Shown here in pieces: positions 36,471 through 45,988 of a stretch of DNA of 64,000 nt (the first letter of the stretch is position 1; every line of letters begins with the position of its first letter). The notes beneath the pieces are model-generated. The model had not been told where the DNA came from. It was given only the letters and a program-made list of their open reading frames with translations, and made no database searches. This DNA comes from Bacteroidales bacterium (lineage in GTDB: Bacteria; Bacteroidota; Bacteroidia; Bacteroidales; VadinHA17). The stretch is from NCBI GenBank assembly GCA_034679225.1, contig JAXDBC010000017.1:9565-73564 (forward strand), written 5' to 3'. The position numbers and the translations under genes are program-made.

Positions 36471-37535
36471 CTATTTCTTTCTCTCCTCCCTTATAAATAT
36501 GTCCAGACGGCTGTTGCTGAAAACCTGCTGACTTATCAGCCTCCCCATCACCCCGGGAGCCTTTACACCGCTGCCCAGTACCTGGTATCCCTGGAAAACC
36601 CTGGCCTCGTCCCACAGTCCGAGACTCATGAAATGATTGAGTACCGCCGAACCACCTTCAATTAACAATGACTGTATCCCCCATTTGTGCAGATAATCGA
36701 GTACCTGGATGGCGGAAGGTTCATTTTTATTAAGTTTTACAACCACCGATCGCGGCATGTTCACTTTATCGGGAAAGAATGTGAATATCACCTGGGGTCC
36801 GATCAGATCGTTCATTGCCAGGTTTGAAGGCAGGTTACCCGATCCTGAAAGAATTAGCCTGATGGGACTGTTCCCGGTCCATTCCCGTACATTCAGTTTA
36901 GGATTGTCAGCTCTCACTGTTTCTCCTCCGACAAGGATGGCCTGTTCCGTCACCCTCCATTTATGAACCAGTATCCGTTCGGAATTGCCGGTTATCCATA
37001 AGGGGCCTTCCGTCATTCTCCTCTCCTTGTCACGTCCGATGAATCCGTCGGCACTCTGTGCCCATTTAAGAACTATATAAGGTCTTCTCTTTTCATGAAA
37101 TGTAAGAAACCTGCGGTTGATAAACCGGCACTCCTCGGAGGCAATGTCAGTGATCACCCCGCGGCCTGCTTCCCTGAGCCTTGCAAAACCCTTCCCTGAA
37201 ACTTCGGCACTTGTGTCGGTGGCACCTGAAACAACAACCGGGATGCCTTCAGCAATGATCCGGTCGGCACATGGCGGTGTCTTACCATAATGCGAGCAGG
37301 GCTCCAGATTGACATAGAGTGTAGAAGAGAAAAGAAGTTCCTTGTCTTTCACCGATTCAATTGCAAGCACTTCGGCATGACGGCTACCGGCTTTCACGTG
37401 ATATCCTTCGCCGATAATCGTGCCTTTGTGAACAATTACCGATCCCACAAGAGGATTCGGGTAAGTAAGTCCTTCTGCCTTTGATGCCAGTTCAAGGCAT
37501 CGTTTCATGAATTTAAGATGATCTTCTCCTGCCAT
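36471..37535 (-). CDS. ribD: Bifunctional riboflavin biosynthesis deaminase/reductase RibD
   Basis: Deaminase zinc motifs HAEVLAI and LEPCSHYGKTPPCADRI, with a C-terminal RibD_C reductase domain. Confidence 0.9.
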   Translation of the reverse strand: MAGEDHLKFMKRCLELASKAEGLTYPNPLVGSVIVHKGTIIGEGYHVKAGSRHAEVLAIESVKDKELLFSSTLYVNLEPCSHYGKTPPCADRIIAEGIPVVVSGATDTSAEVSGKGFARLREAGRGVITDIASEECRFINRRFLTFHEKRRPYIVLKWAQSADGFIGRDKERRMTEGPLWITGNSERILVHKWRVTEQAILVGGETVRADNPKLNVREWTGNSPIRLILSGSGNLPSNLAMNDLIGPQVIFTFFPDKVNMPRSVVVKLNKNEPSAIQVLDYLHKWGIQSLLIEGGSAVLNHFMSLGLWDEARVFQGYQVLGSGVKAPGVMGRLISQQVFSNSRLDIFIREERKK

Positions 37536-37561
37536 TAAAGTTAAAGTGCTAATTTTGGGTT

Positions 37562-38434
37562 ATGGCTGTTAAATTACAAACAATAAAAGACATCCGAAAC
37601 TATATTTCCCGGGAACTTTCAGGCCTTTATTCCGGGAGGGAGGCGCTGGCGATTGCCCATCTGGTGACGGAAAAGATGTTCGGAGCCGGCAGGATGGCTT
37701 TGATGCTCAGGGAGAACGAGCCTCTTAAAGGCAATCCGTATCAAAAGAGGGTCATGAGTTACTGCCGCAGGCTCTCTGCAGGTGAGCCGGTCCAATACGT
37801 TCTTGGTGAAACGGAATTTTACAACTGCAGGATCATGGTAAACAGGAATGTACTGATCCCCCGGCCCGAGACAGAGGAACTGGCAGACATAGTCATCAGG
37901 GAGAACAGGGACACCGATGCCCGCATAATTGACTTCGGGACCGGATCAGGCTGTCTGGCAATTGCACTTGCTGTCAACCTCCCATCGGCAAGCCTGACTG
38001 CTGTTGACATTTCAAAGAAAGCCCTGAAAACAGCTGAGCGGAATGCTTCTCTGAACAATGCCGCGGTTGATTTTATAAATGCTGACATTCTCTCAGACGA
38101 ACTGCCCGGACTACTGCCCATGGCAGGAATCTTTACCGGCAATCCTCCCTATGTAAGAGAGTCGGAGAAAAAGTTTATGAGAAATAATGTGCTCGGTTAT
38201 GAACCATGGAAGGCCCTGTTTGTTCCCGACAACGATCCTCTCAGGTTCTACCGTGCAATCCTGGATCTCTCCCGGGAAAAGCTGCTTAAATGTGGAATGG
38301 TTTATTTTGAGATCAATGAACCGATGGGAGATACCATGCGCGAATTATTTGAAAAATATGATTTTTCTGAAATCCGGATAATAAAAGACATCTATGGAAA
38401 AACCCGCTTCGCGGCAGGAAGGAAAAAAGCCTGA
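37562..38434 (+). CDS. prmC: Release factor glutamine N5-methyltransferase PrmC/HemK
   Basis: SAM-binding IIDFGTGSGCLAIAL and catalytic GNPPY (FTGNPPYV). Confidence 0.85.
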   Translation: MAVKLQTIKDIRNYISRELSGLYSGREALAIAHLVTEKMFGAGRMALMLRENEPLKGNPYQKRVMSYCRRLSAGEPVQYVLGETEFYNCRIMVNRNVLIPRPETEELADIVIRENRDTDARIIDFGTGSGCLAIALAVNLPSASLTAVDISKKALKTAERNASLNNAAVDFINADILSDELPGLLPMAGIFTGNPPYVRESEKKFMRNNVLGYEPWKALFVPDNDPLRFYRAILDLSREKLLKCGMVYFEINEPMGDTMRELFEKYDFSEIRIIKDIYGKTRFAAGRKKA

Positions 38435-38891
38435 TAAAAGTCAGGCAGAGAAAGCACTGAACAGGGCGATGAACTTGTGTTCCAAAGCCGAGTACTGCAT
38501 CTCGGACATCAGGCAGAAGCTTGAATCGTGGGGCCTCGGTCAGTCAGAGTCAGAGCAGGTCATAAAGAAACTTATAAAGGAAAACTTTATAAATGAGGAA
38601 AGGTATACCGGTGCTTATGTAAGAGACAAATACCGTTACAACAAATGGGGAAGGGTTAAGATAGCAGCCATGCTGAAGGCAAAGGGAATACCTTCCGGCA
38701 TCATCGATTCCGCGCTGTCCTTCCTGGATGAAGAAGAGTACAGACAGATGGTGAGGGACTTGATTCTTTCCCGCCGCGGATCGGTAAAGGCAAATAACCA
38801 GTACGACCTGAAGGGCAAGCTGTTACGATATGGACTTTCGAAAGGTTTTGAAAGCAGTCTGTTGTATGATATTCTGAATGATCTGGACTAA
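38394..38891 (+). CDS. recX: RecX-like regulatory protein
   Basis: 165 aa, helical-repeat pattern with AEKALNRAMNLCSKAEYCISDIRQKL. It overlaps the prmC 3' end by 41 nt, so the start is uncertain. Confidence 0.7.
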   Translation: MEKPASRQEGKKPDKSQAEKALNRAMNLCSKAEYCISDIRQKLESWGLGQSESEQVIKKLIKENFINEERYTGAYVRDKYRYNKWGRVKIAAMLKAKGIPSGIIDSALSFLDEEEYRQMVRDLILSRRGSVKANNQYDLKGKLLRYGLSKGFESSLLYDILNDLD

Positions 38892-38900
38892 AAAATAAAC

Positions 38901-38920
38901 GGGGTACGCGGCGCGCGGTG
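38901..38920. repeat. G-rich stutter GGGGTAC GCGGCGC GCGGTG between convergent genes
   Basis: Starts 9 nt after the recX stop and has the same 7-nt drifting style as the other gene-end tracts. Confidence 0.5.
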
Positions 38921-38946
38921 TTCTCCTGATGACCGTCATTTTCCGG

Positions 38947-39399
38947 TCACAAAAGCCTGAATATCCATTTTATGAACGGCATGAATGCTATCAGAAAGAT
39001 CGTGGCGGAAGCAAGTACATCGTAGACAATCAGCTGTCTGACTGTTTCGGGATGCCTCAGGTAAAAAACCGAAAACACGATTCGCATAAGCAACTGCGCG
39101 GCAAAGAATATGAAAACCCTCATCGCGTTGCTGTTCCATCTGTAGGCTTCGCTGATCCTTCCCTGCAGGATAAGGGAGAAAGCGTGCGACAATCCACATG
39201 AAGCGCATGGTTCACCGGTTAGCTTTTCATGGATACAGACCACCGGGTAATTATCTTTAACAGGAGAGAAAATAGCGGAATAGAAAAATACGAAAAACAG
39301 AACAACTGTCAGTGCGATATTGACACGCGTGTACGGTTCGGAGATCAGTCTTGGCTTCAGATTCAGGAAGGCATCACTCCTTCGCGTCGAGAGTGTCAT
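38947..39399 (-). CDS. DUF2752-like membrane protein
   Basis: 150 aa with four hydrophobic segments and LTGEPCASCGLSHAF, which resembles the CxxCG motif of DUF2752. Recalled pattern only. Confidence 0.5.
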   Translation of the reverse strand: MTLSTRRSDAFLNLKPRLISEPYTRVNIALTVVLFFVFFYSAIFSPVKDNYPVVCIHEKLTGEPCASCGLSHAFSLILQGRISEAYRWNSNAMRVFIFFAAQLLMRIVFSVFYLRHPETVRQLIVYDVLASATIFLIAFMPFIKWIFRLL

Positions 39400-39922
39400 T
39401 GCTCACGGTATTGCTTTCCTCAAGCTCTTCTAGCTGGCGCCTGCGATCCTCCCTTCCTTCTTTAATCTGTATATTCACTGATTCATCACCGTTCTCCACG
39501 CTGATATCGACATTGGCTTCCTCGAGTTTATCAAGAACATCTTTCCGGACATCCTTTATAACGTTTTCAATATCACCGCCCCATTGTTTGTTGAACCTGT
39601 CGCTTAATCTGCCCACCACCATAATCTGCGACATTGAAATAAGTGTTGCCACAACGCCGAGGATAAGACCGGCAAGAGGGATAGAGCGGGGTGAGTCATC
39701 TCTTGCAGCCTGGCTCAGGCCTACTGAAGCAAGCACTATGGCTATTATACCCGGGATAACCGCGATGAGCCCCACGCACGGGATAACCGCGATGACAAAA
39801 GTCACGATTGCAGTTACAAGCGCAGCTATACCAAGAGTTTGCCCGGACGTTCTTCGTGCCTGTCCCGGATTCTGTCCACCGGGTTGTCCGCTGTTGTTTG
39901 TGAAATCTTCCATGTCTTTCAA
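39374..39922 (-). CDS. Small integral membrane protein (DUF4190-like) with acidic C-terminal tail
   Basis: Gly/Gln-rich N-terminus, hydrophobic hairpin segments GIAALVTAIVTFVIAVIPCVGLIAVIPGIIAIVLASVGL and a charged tail. Preferred over the Ser-rich antisense ORF 39351..39980. Confidence 0.55.
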   Translation of the reverse strand: MKDMEDFTNNSGQPGGQNPGQARRTSGQTLGIAALVTAIVTFVIAVIPCVGLIAVIPGIIAIVLASVGLSQAARDDSPRSIPLAGLILGVVATLISMSQIMVVGRLSDRFNKQWGGDIENVIKDVRKDVLDKLEEANVDISVENGDESVNIQIKEGREDRRRQLEELEESNTVSNDTLDAKE

Positions 39923-39930
39923 TTGTTTTC

Positions 39931-40578
39931 TTAATTCATTCCTGTCAGGATATTCAGCATATCCTGTTCTAAAGACGTAACCGGAGTTTCAATGATGCGT
40001 CCTGCTTCAACTTTATTTTTCAGAAAAATAAAAGTCGGAACCCTTTCAATATTAAAGGTATCATAGCCTCCCACCGGGGCAAGCTTTGTAATGTCGACAC
40101 CCACGAAGGTCATCTTTTCAGCCGGGAAACCTGTTTGTTCAACTATCTTCATAAACCTGGGGACCTCCCTCCTGCTATCGGGACACCAGGTTCCGAGTAC
40201 AATCAGTATTGACAGGTCGCTGCCGATCGCCGGCACAAGTTTTTCAATAACCGCCCTGTCGGGCTTGTATTCTTCCCTGCCACTGATATACCATTCCGAA
40301 TGGGGATTGTTTAAGAACATTCCGGGGTTTATGTATCCGAGAAGCCATGTTGAGGGATCGGCATAATTCACCTGCCTGTTTTCGCTTTGCTGATCAACTG
40401 CCGGACTAATCGATTCCGTATTTCGTGAACTTCTGCAGGAAGATGCAAATAATGCTACAAGCAATATGACTGTTAAGCTTCCTCTCGTAAGGGATGAAAA
40501 TTTAACCCTCCTGCCGGAGCTCCTCTCACCGTGGTGGAAGGCTGGGAAGTGGGTATTAATAATACCTGTATTCATCAT
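39931..40578 (-). CDS. Thioredoxin-fold lipoprotein with CxxS motif (WCPDS)
   Basis: Signal ending LFASSC and LGTWCPDSRREVP at the thioredoxin active-site position. Confidence 0.7.
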   Translation of the reverse strand: MMNTGIINTHFPAFHHGERSSGRRVKFSSLTRGSLTVILLVALFASSCRSSRNTESISPAVDQQSENRQVNYADPSTWLLGYINPGMFLNNPHSEWYISGREEYKPDRAVIEKLVPAIGSDLSILIVLGTWCPDSRREVPRFMKIVEQTGFPAEKMTFVGVDITKLAPVGGYDTFNIERVPTFIFLKNKVEAGRIIETPVTSLEQDMLNILTGMN

Positions 40579-40624
40579 TTGGTAAATGTTTTATTATATC
40601 CGTTCAAAATCCGCACTTTCACTC

Positions 40625-42772
40625 TTATTCGCTCACATGGAGAAGTATGGTAAGTATCTGCTTCGCCGCGACGGCTACTGAAGTACCCGGACCAAAGATA
40701 GCCGCCACTCCTGCATCATACAGGAACTTGTAATCCTGAGGCGGAATAACTCCTCCGGCAATTACTAGAATATCTTCTCTCCCAAGCTTTTTCAGTTCTT
40801 CAATAACCTGTGGAACAAGCGTTTTATGACCTGCAGCCAGACTCGATATTCCAATGACATGGACATCATTTTCAACTGCCTGCCGTGCTGCTTCGGAGGG
40901 AGTCTGGAAAAGTGGTCCGATATCAACATCGAATCCGATGTCGGCATAAGCTGTCGACACCACTTTGGCTCCCCTGTCGTGGCCGTCCTGGCCAATCTTG
41001 GCGACCATAATCCTGGGCTGGCGGCCTTCCATTTCGGCAAATCTGGCAGCCATCGCCCTGGCTTCATTGAATTCATCGCCTGATTTGTATTCCGAGGAAT
41101 AGGCTCCTGAAATTGTGCGTATCACTGCTTTATATCTTCCTGCTATTATTTCACATGCATAACATATTTCTCCGAGGCTTGCTCTTTTCATGGCTGCATT
41201 CACGGATAGTTCCAGAAGGTTTCCCTCTCCGGTTTCAGCGCATTTGGTTATTGCTTCAAGAGCTGCCATGCATTCTTCCTCATTCCTTTCCGCGCGCAGT
41301 TTCTGAAGTCGCTTCACCTGTGCATCCCTGACGGCGCTGTTGTCGACCTCGAGTATTTCAAGCGGTTCCTCCTTGTCAAGCCTGTATCTGTTGGTACCGA
41401 CAATAGTCTGTAATTCTGAGTCTATTCTTGCCTGGGTCCTGGCCGCAGCCTCCTCTATCCTCATCTTCGGAATTCCCGAATCAATGGCTTTGGCCATACC
41501 TCCGAGGCTTTCGATTTCCTCAATAAGTTCCCACGCCCTGTGGGCTATCTCATTTGTAAGGCTTTCGACATAATATGAGCCTGCCCAGGGGTCGACAGCC
41601 CTGCAGATATTTGTTTCCTCCTGCAGGTATTTCTGGGTGTTCCGTGCAATACCTGCCGAGAAGTCGGTCGGGAGAGCAAGGGCTTCATCGAGGGCATTGG
41701 TATGGAGGCTCTGGGTATGTCCAAGGGCGGCGGCAAGCGCTTCGATCGTAGTCCGGCCTATATTATTGAAGGGATCCTGTTCCGTAAGACTCCATCCTGA
41801 TGTCTGGCAGTGGGTTCTCAGCGCCAGCGATTTCTTGTTCTTCGGATTGAATCCGCTCACGATTTTTGCCCAGAGCATCCTCGCGGCCCTCATCTTGGCG
41901 ATTTCCATGAAATGGTTCATTCCAACTGCCCAGAAGAATGATATCCTCGGGGCAAAAGTATCTATGTCGAGGCCTGCATTGATTCCTGTCCTCAGGTACT
42001 CGAGACCGTCGGCAAGGGTATAGGCCAGTTCTATGTCGCATGTAGCCCCTGCCTCCTGCATATGGTAGCCCGATACGCTGATGGAGTTGAACTTAGGCAT
42101 TTTTTGGGATGTAAACTTAAAAATGTCGGCAATGATGCGCATAGAGAATTCAGGCGGATATATATAGGTATTCCTCACCATGAATTCCTTAAGGATGTCA
42201 TTCTGGATAGTTCCGGAAAGCTGTTCATATGAGGCTCCCTGTTCAAGGGCGGCAACTATGTAAAAGGCCAATACCGGAAGAACGGCACCGTTCATGGTCA
42301 TCGACACCGACATCCTGTTCAGTGGTATCTGGTCGAAGAGTATCTTCATATCGAGGATTGAATCGACCGCGACACCGGCTTTCCCCACATCGCCTGCCAC
42401 CCTCTCGTGGTCCGAATCGTAGCCGCGGTGTGTCGGCAGGTCGAAAGCAATTGACAGGCCGGTCTGGCCGCCGGCCAGGTTTCTCCTGTAAAAAGCATTT
42501 GATTCCTCCGCGGTTGAGAAACCGGCATACTGCCTTATAGTCCATGGCTGCATTGCATACATGGCTGAATAGGGACCTCTCAGGAAGGGTGGGATTCCCG
42601 CGGCGTAATTCAGATGTTCCATTCCGGCAAGGTCGTCTCTGCCATAAAATGCCTTTATCTCAATATTTTCAGGGGTGATCCAGGGTCCGCCGCACTCACC
42701 AGCTGCTGCATGAATATCCACAATACCCGCTTTCCTGTTCTTCAGATCGCTTTCTTTATATACTGGTCTCAT
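40625..42772 (-). CDS. mutB: Methylmalonyl-CoA mutase large (catalytic) subunit
   Basis: 715 aa. TIM-barrel CoA-mutase blocks and a C-terminal B12-binding domain with the DxHxxG motif ([12 protein letters not shown]). Confidence 0.95.
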   Translation of the reverse strand: MRPVYKESDLKNRKAGIVDIHAAAGECGGPWITPENIEIKAFYGRDDLAGMEHLNYAAGIPPFLRGPYSAMYAMQPWTIRQYAGFSTAEESNAFYRRNLAGGQTGLSIAFDLPTHRGYDSDHERVAGDVGKAGVAVDSILDMKILFDQIPLNRMSVSMTMNGAVLPVLAFYIVAALEQGASYEQLSGTIQNDILKEFMVRNTYIYPPEFSMRIIADIFKFTSQKMPKFNSISVSGYHMQEAGATCDIELAYTLADGLEYLRTGINAGLDIDTFAPRISFFWAVGMNHFMEIAKMRAARMLWAKIVSGFNPKNKKSLALRTHCQTSGWSLTEQDPFNNIGRTTIEALAAALGHTQSLHTNALDEALALPTDFSAGIARNTQKYLQEETNICRAVDPWAGSYYVESLTNEIAHRAWELIEEIESLGGMAKAIDSGIPKMRIEEAAARTQARIDSELQTIVGTNRYRLDKEEPLEILEVDNSAVRDAQVKRLQKLRAERNEEECMAALEAITKCAETGEGNLLELSVNAAMKRASLGEICYACEIIAGRYKAVIRTISGAYSSEYKSGDEFNEARAMAARFAEMEGRQPRIMVAKIGQDGHDRGAKVVSTAYADIGFDVDIGPLFQTPSEAARQAVENDVHVIGISSLAAGHKTLVPQVIEELKKLGREDILVIAGGVIPPQDYKFLYDAGVAAIFGPGTSVAVAAKQILTILLHVSE

Positions 42773-42786
42773 GATTTCCTGTTTTT

Positions 42787-44088
42787 TTATCCGTCAATCG
42801 TGTTCTCCATCTTCGATTTCAGGAATCCTGAATTCAGGGCTTCAAGAAATCCTCCTTTATCTTCCAGCTCAAGGAACAGTTTCCAGCTATCCTCAGCAAT
42901 GAGTGATGTAAGCTTCTCAATATAATAAGAACCTGCAGCCGGATCTAGCACCTTACCAAACCACGATTCCTCCTTCAGAATCAGTTGCTGGTTCCTTGCC
43001 ATCCTTTCGGAAAATTCATCGGGCTGACCGGTAGTTATATCGAATGGATTGACGGTCAGTGAATCGGTTCCGCCAATAATGGCCGACATTGCCTCTGTTT
43101 GTGTTCTCAGCATGTTTATATACGGATCTTCCGGCTGATCGTTCCATTTTCTCGTCACGGAGTGGATTTCCATCCTGAAACTGCTTTTGTCAGCCGGAGC
43201 ATAGGAATCTGCAATTACATCCCATATTATCCTGGCTGCCCTCAGTTTTGCTATCTCCATGAAGTAATCGTTCCCGATACCAAAGCTGAACTTCATTGCC
43301 GAAGCTGCATCATCCGGTGAAATTCCCCTGTCGGTAAGTTGTGTCAGGTATTCCACTGCCATCGAGAAGCAGAAAGCCAGTTCCTGAACGGCGCTGCAAC
43401 CCGAATCGGTGAAGCGGGAACCTTTGATCCGTATATTCCTGTACGATTGGAGGGTTTTGGTTTCGCGGGTAAGGGATGCAAGGTAATTGAGGCCGTCCTC
43501 AAGCGGTATGCAAAGACTCCCTTCGGCCATCAGCCGTCCTAACGGATCGGCTTCAGCAGCTCCTCTCAGGGATGAAAGACGAATTTCTTTCCCCTGCATT
43601 ATGGATTTCAGGGCTGCTATTATCTCCCGTGCTTTTCCGTTCGGCAGGAAATTTATCTCTGCTCCGCAAGGATCGATCCCATCGAGCAGAACCGAGATGT
43701 TTTCCTCACTGACCGATCCCGGGTCACTTATGATAAATCCGAGAGAATCAATCCCTTTCATCAGTACATCCAGGGCTTTCAGATTAGCCTCCCTGTAATC
43801 GTTTACCTTTATATCCTGGCGGATCAGCCATTGGGCTGCAGACCTGCCGGAATCTGAATCATTACCTTTGCCCTCTCCTTTCCTGAGCATCAGGGGAAGA
43901 AGCCCCTCGACATGGCTTAGATGCTTCAGATCCTCTTCCCGGTAAAAAGGCATCACCTCGAAACCTTCCCTGGCAAGCCATACGAGCTTTTCCCGGAAGT
44001 CAGCCCCCCGGAGGTCGGCGTTAATCTTTGCCATCCACTCATCGGTGGATACCGGGGGAAAGTTTTCAAATAGTTTCTTATGTTTCAT
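42787..44088 (-). CDS. mutA: Methylmalonyl-CoA mutase small subunit (short form)
   Basis: Start at [22 protein letters not shown] (ATG 44088). It is mutase-barrel-like throughout, but ends at about 433 aa with no DxHxxG or flavodoxin-like domain. Confidence 0.8.
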   Translation of the reverse strand: MKHKKLFENFPPVSTDEWMAKINADLRGADFREKLVWLAREGFEVMPFYREEDLKHLSHVEGLLPLMLRKGEGKGNDSDSGRSAAQWLIRQDIKVNDYREANLKALDVLMKGIDSLGFIISDPGSVSEENISVLLDGIDPCGAEINFLPNGKAREIIAALKSIMQGKEIRLSSLRGAAEADPLGRLMAEGSLCIPLEDGLNYLASLTRETKTLQSYRNIRIKGSRFTDSGCSAVQELAFCFSMAVEYLTQLTDRGISPDDAASAMKFSFGIGNDYFMEIAKLRAARIIWDVIADSYAPADKSSFRMEIHSVTRKWNDQPEDPYINMLRTQTEAMSAIIGGTDSLTVNPFDITTGQPDEFSERMARNQQLILKEESWFGKVLDPAAGSYYIEKLTSLIAEDSWKLFLELEDKGGFLEALNSGFLKSKMENTIDG

Positions 44089-44093
44089 ATATA

Positions 44094-44120
44094 GTCGTGC
44101 GGTCGTGCAGTCGTGCGGTC
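44094..44120. repeat. Octamer tandem repeat GTCGTGCG GTCGTGCA GTCGTGCG GTC
   Basis: Three units between the prfB stop (44150) and the mutA start (44088). Confidence 0.85.
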
Positions 44121-44149
44121 TGTTATTTTTGGTTCTTTGTTTTTTCATT

Positions 44150-45239
44150 TCATTTTCCCGCGAACTCCATCAAAAACGACTTGATAAAGTCGTTCAGGTC
44201 GCCGTCGAGCACCGCCGACACATTTCCGGTTTCATAGTCGGTACGGTGATCCTTTACCAGTTTATATGGATGCAGGGTATAGGACCGTATCTGGGAGCCC
44301 CATTCAATTTTTTTCTTCCCCCCTTCGATCTTAGCCTGTTCCTCATGCAGCTTCCTGAGTTCCAGTTCATAGAGTTGCGATTTCAGAATTCTCATCGCGT
44401 TCTCCTTGTTATTCAGCTGCGAGCGGGTTTCCTGGTTTTCAATCACAATACCTGTCGGGTGATGCCGAAGTCTTACAGCAGTTTCCACCTTGTTCACATT
44501 CTGGCCCCCTGCGCCGCTCGACCTGTATGTTTCCCAGGTGATGTCGGCAGGGCTGACCTCAATCTCGATATTATTATCCACCAGGGGTGTAATAAAAACG
44601 GATGCAAAAGTTGTCTGGCGCTTACCCTGGGCGTTGAAGGGTGAGATCCTGACAAGCCTGTGTACACCGTTCTCGCTTTTGAGGTAGCCGTAAGCCCTTT
44701 CTCCCTCTATTTCGAGGGTAACCGATTTTACACCGACCTCATCGCCGGGCAGAAAATCGAGCTGGCGGACCTTGTATTCGTTTCTTTCAGCCCACCTGAG
44801 GTACATCCTCATCAGCATAGCGGCCCAGTCGTTGCTCTCCGTGCCGCCGGCTCCGGAGTTGATCTTCAGGATTGCCCCAAGCTGATCCTCCTCCTTCTGA
44901 AGCATATTTCTCACTTCAAGTTCCTCAACCAGCGACAGGCTCAGGTCGTACTGCCTGTCAACCTCTTCCTCGGATGCTTCCCCCTCCCTGTAAAAATCAA
45001 AGATCACCTGAAGATCCTCAAACCCCCGGTTCATCTTTTCATAACTTATTGTCCAGCTTTTTATCTGTGAAATTTCCCTCAGAAGTTCCTCCGCGGCCTT
45101 CGGATCGTCCCAGAAACCCGGCCTTTGGGTAATAAGCTCCTTTTCTTTGACCTGACTTATTCTGCCGTCAATGTCAAAGATACCTCCTCAACGCGTCACG
45201 GCGTTCAGATAAATCCTTTATCTGTTCGATAGTTATCAT
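44150..45239 (-). CDS. prfB: Peptide chain release factor 2, expressed via programmed +1 frameshift
   Basis: The ORF track shows only 44150..45034. Upstream, ATG 45239 opens [21 protein letters not shown], which ends at CTT TGA C (45179..45173). Shifting +1 reads [47 protein letters not shown] and joins MNRGFEDL in frame. SPF (RISPFN) and GGQ ([11 protein letters not shown]) motifs are present. Confidence 0.9.
45173..45188 (-). promoter_or_regulatory. RF2 autoregulatory frameshift site AGGAGG-TAT-CTT-TGA-C
   Basis: SD-like AGGAGG (45188..45183) lies 3 nt before the slippery CTT and the in-frame TGA followed by C. This is the classic prfB recoding signal. Confidence 0.85.
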
Positions 45240-45337
45240 AATCGGGTTTTGGGCAAATTTATGATTTTTTAAACAATTAATATCTTTATAATCTCATATG
45301 AAGAAAAACAGGGAATGGACTACCTCATTATCAAACT

Positions 45338-45937
45338 ATGCTGAAATCCTGTCTTTACCGTAATCTCATTGAAGCCGGCTGCGACGAAGCCGGCCGGGGC
45401 TGTCTGGCCGGTCCGGTATTTGCTGCTGCCGTCATTCTTTCCAAGAATTACAGGCACCCGGTACTTAATGATTCCAAGAAGCTGACAGCGAAACAGAGGT
45501 TTAAGCTCAGGGAAGATATTATTAAATCGGCCATTTCATGGAAGGTGGCTTTTGTCGATAACCGTGAGATTGATGAAATAAATATACTGAGGGCCTCAAT
45601 AAAAGCAATGCATCTTGCCATTGAAGGGCTTTCAGAACAGCCCCAGTTCCTGCTGATCGACGGGAACAGTTTCGTTCCGTACAAGGATATCGGCTACAAA
45701 ACCATTATAAAAGGCGACGGACTTTATTACCCGATAGCAGCGGCTTCGGTACTGGCAAAAACATTCCGCGACGAGTATATGGAAAAGATACACATGGAGT
45801 TCCCTGAATACGGATGGAACAGGAACAAGGGCTATCCGACATCTTTCCACAGGGAAGCAATTCTGGCTCACGGCATTTCTCCATACCACCGTAAATCATT
45901 CAGCCTGTTCAACACCCAGCTCAATATAGAATTTTAA
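45338..45937 (+). CDS. rnhB: Ribonuclease HII
   Basis: 199 aa with the EAGCDEAGRGCLAGPV catalytic DEAGRG block. Confidence 0.9.
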   Translation: MLKSCLYRNLIEAGCDEAGRGCLAGPVFAAAVILSKNYRHPVLNDSKKLTAKQRFKLREDIIKSAISWKVAFVDNREIDEINILRASIKAMHLAIEGLSEQPQFLLIDGNSFVPYKDIGYKTIIKGDGLYYPIAAASVLAKTFRDEYMEKIHMEFPEYGWNRNKGYPTSFHREAILAHGISPYHRKSFSLFNTQLNIEF

Positions 45938-45947
45938 ATTTTAGAAT

Positions 45948-45955
45948 TATCTTTG
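45948..45955 (+). promoter_or_regulatory. Bacteroidota -7 promoter box TATCTTTG (S46 peptidase)
   Basis: Exact TAnnTTTG match. It overlaps the TTG start proposed by the ORF track, which favours ATG 45989. Confidence 0.45.
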
Positions 45956-45988
45956 TCACTTAATTTTCAAATCCCAAACGATTTCCAT

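Noticed and set aside
39351-39980. 209-aa + strand ORF overlapping the 39374..39922 - strand gene
   Set aside because: It is Ser/Leu-rich low-complexity sequence, typical of an antisense shadow frame. The - strand product has clean TM hairpins and matches the orientation and spacing of its neighbours.
44089-44148. 20-aa N-terminal extension of mutA (MKKQRTKNNRPHDCTTARLY)
   Set aside because: The extension is encoded by the octamer repeat tract and looks non-native. [12 protein letters not shown] at 44088 matches the usual MutA N-terminus.
44045-44644. 199-aa + strand ORF
   Set aside because: It is antisense to prfB, which has SPF and GGQ motifs and a frameshift site, so it is a shadow frame.
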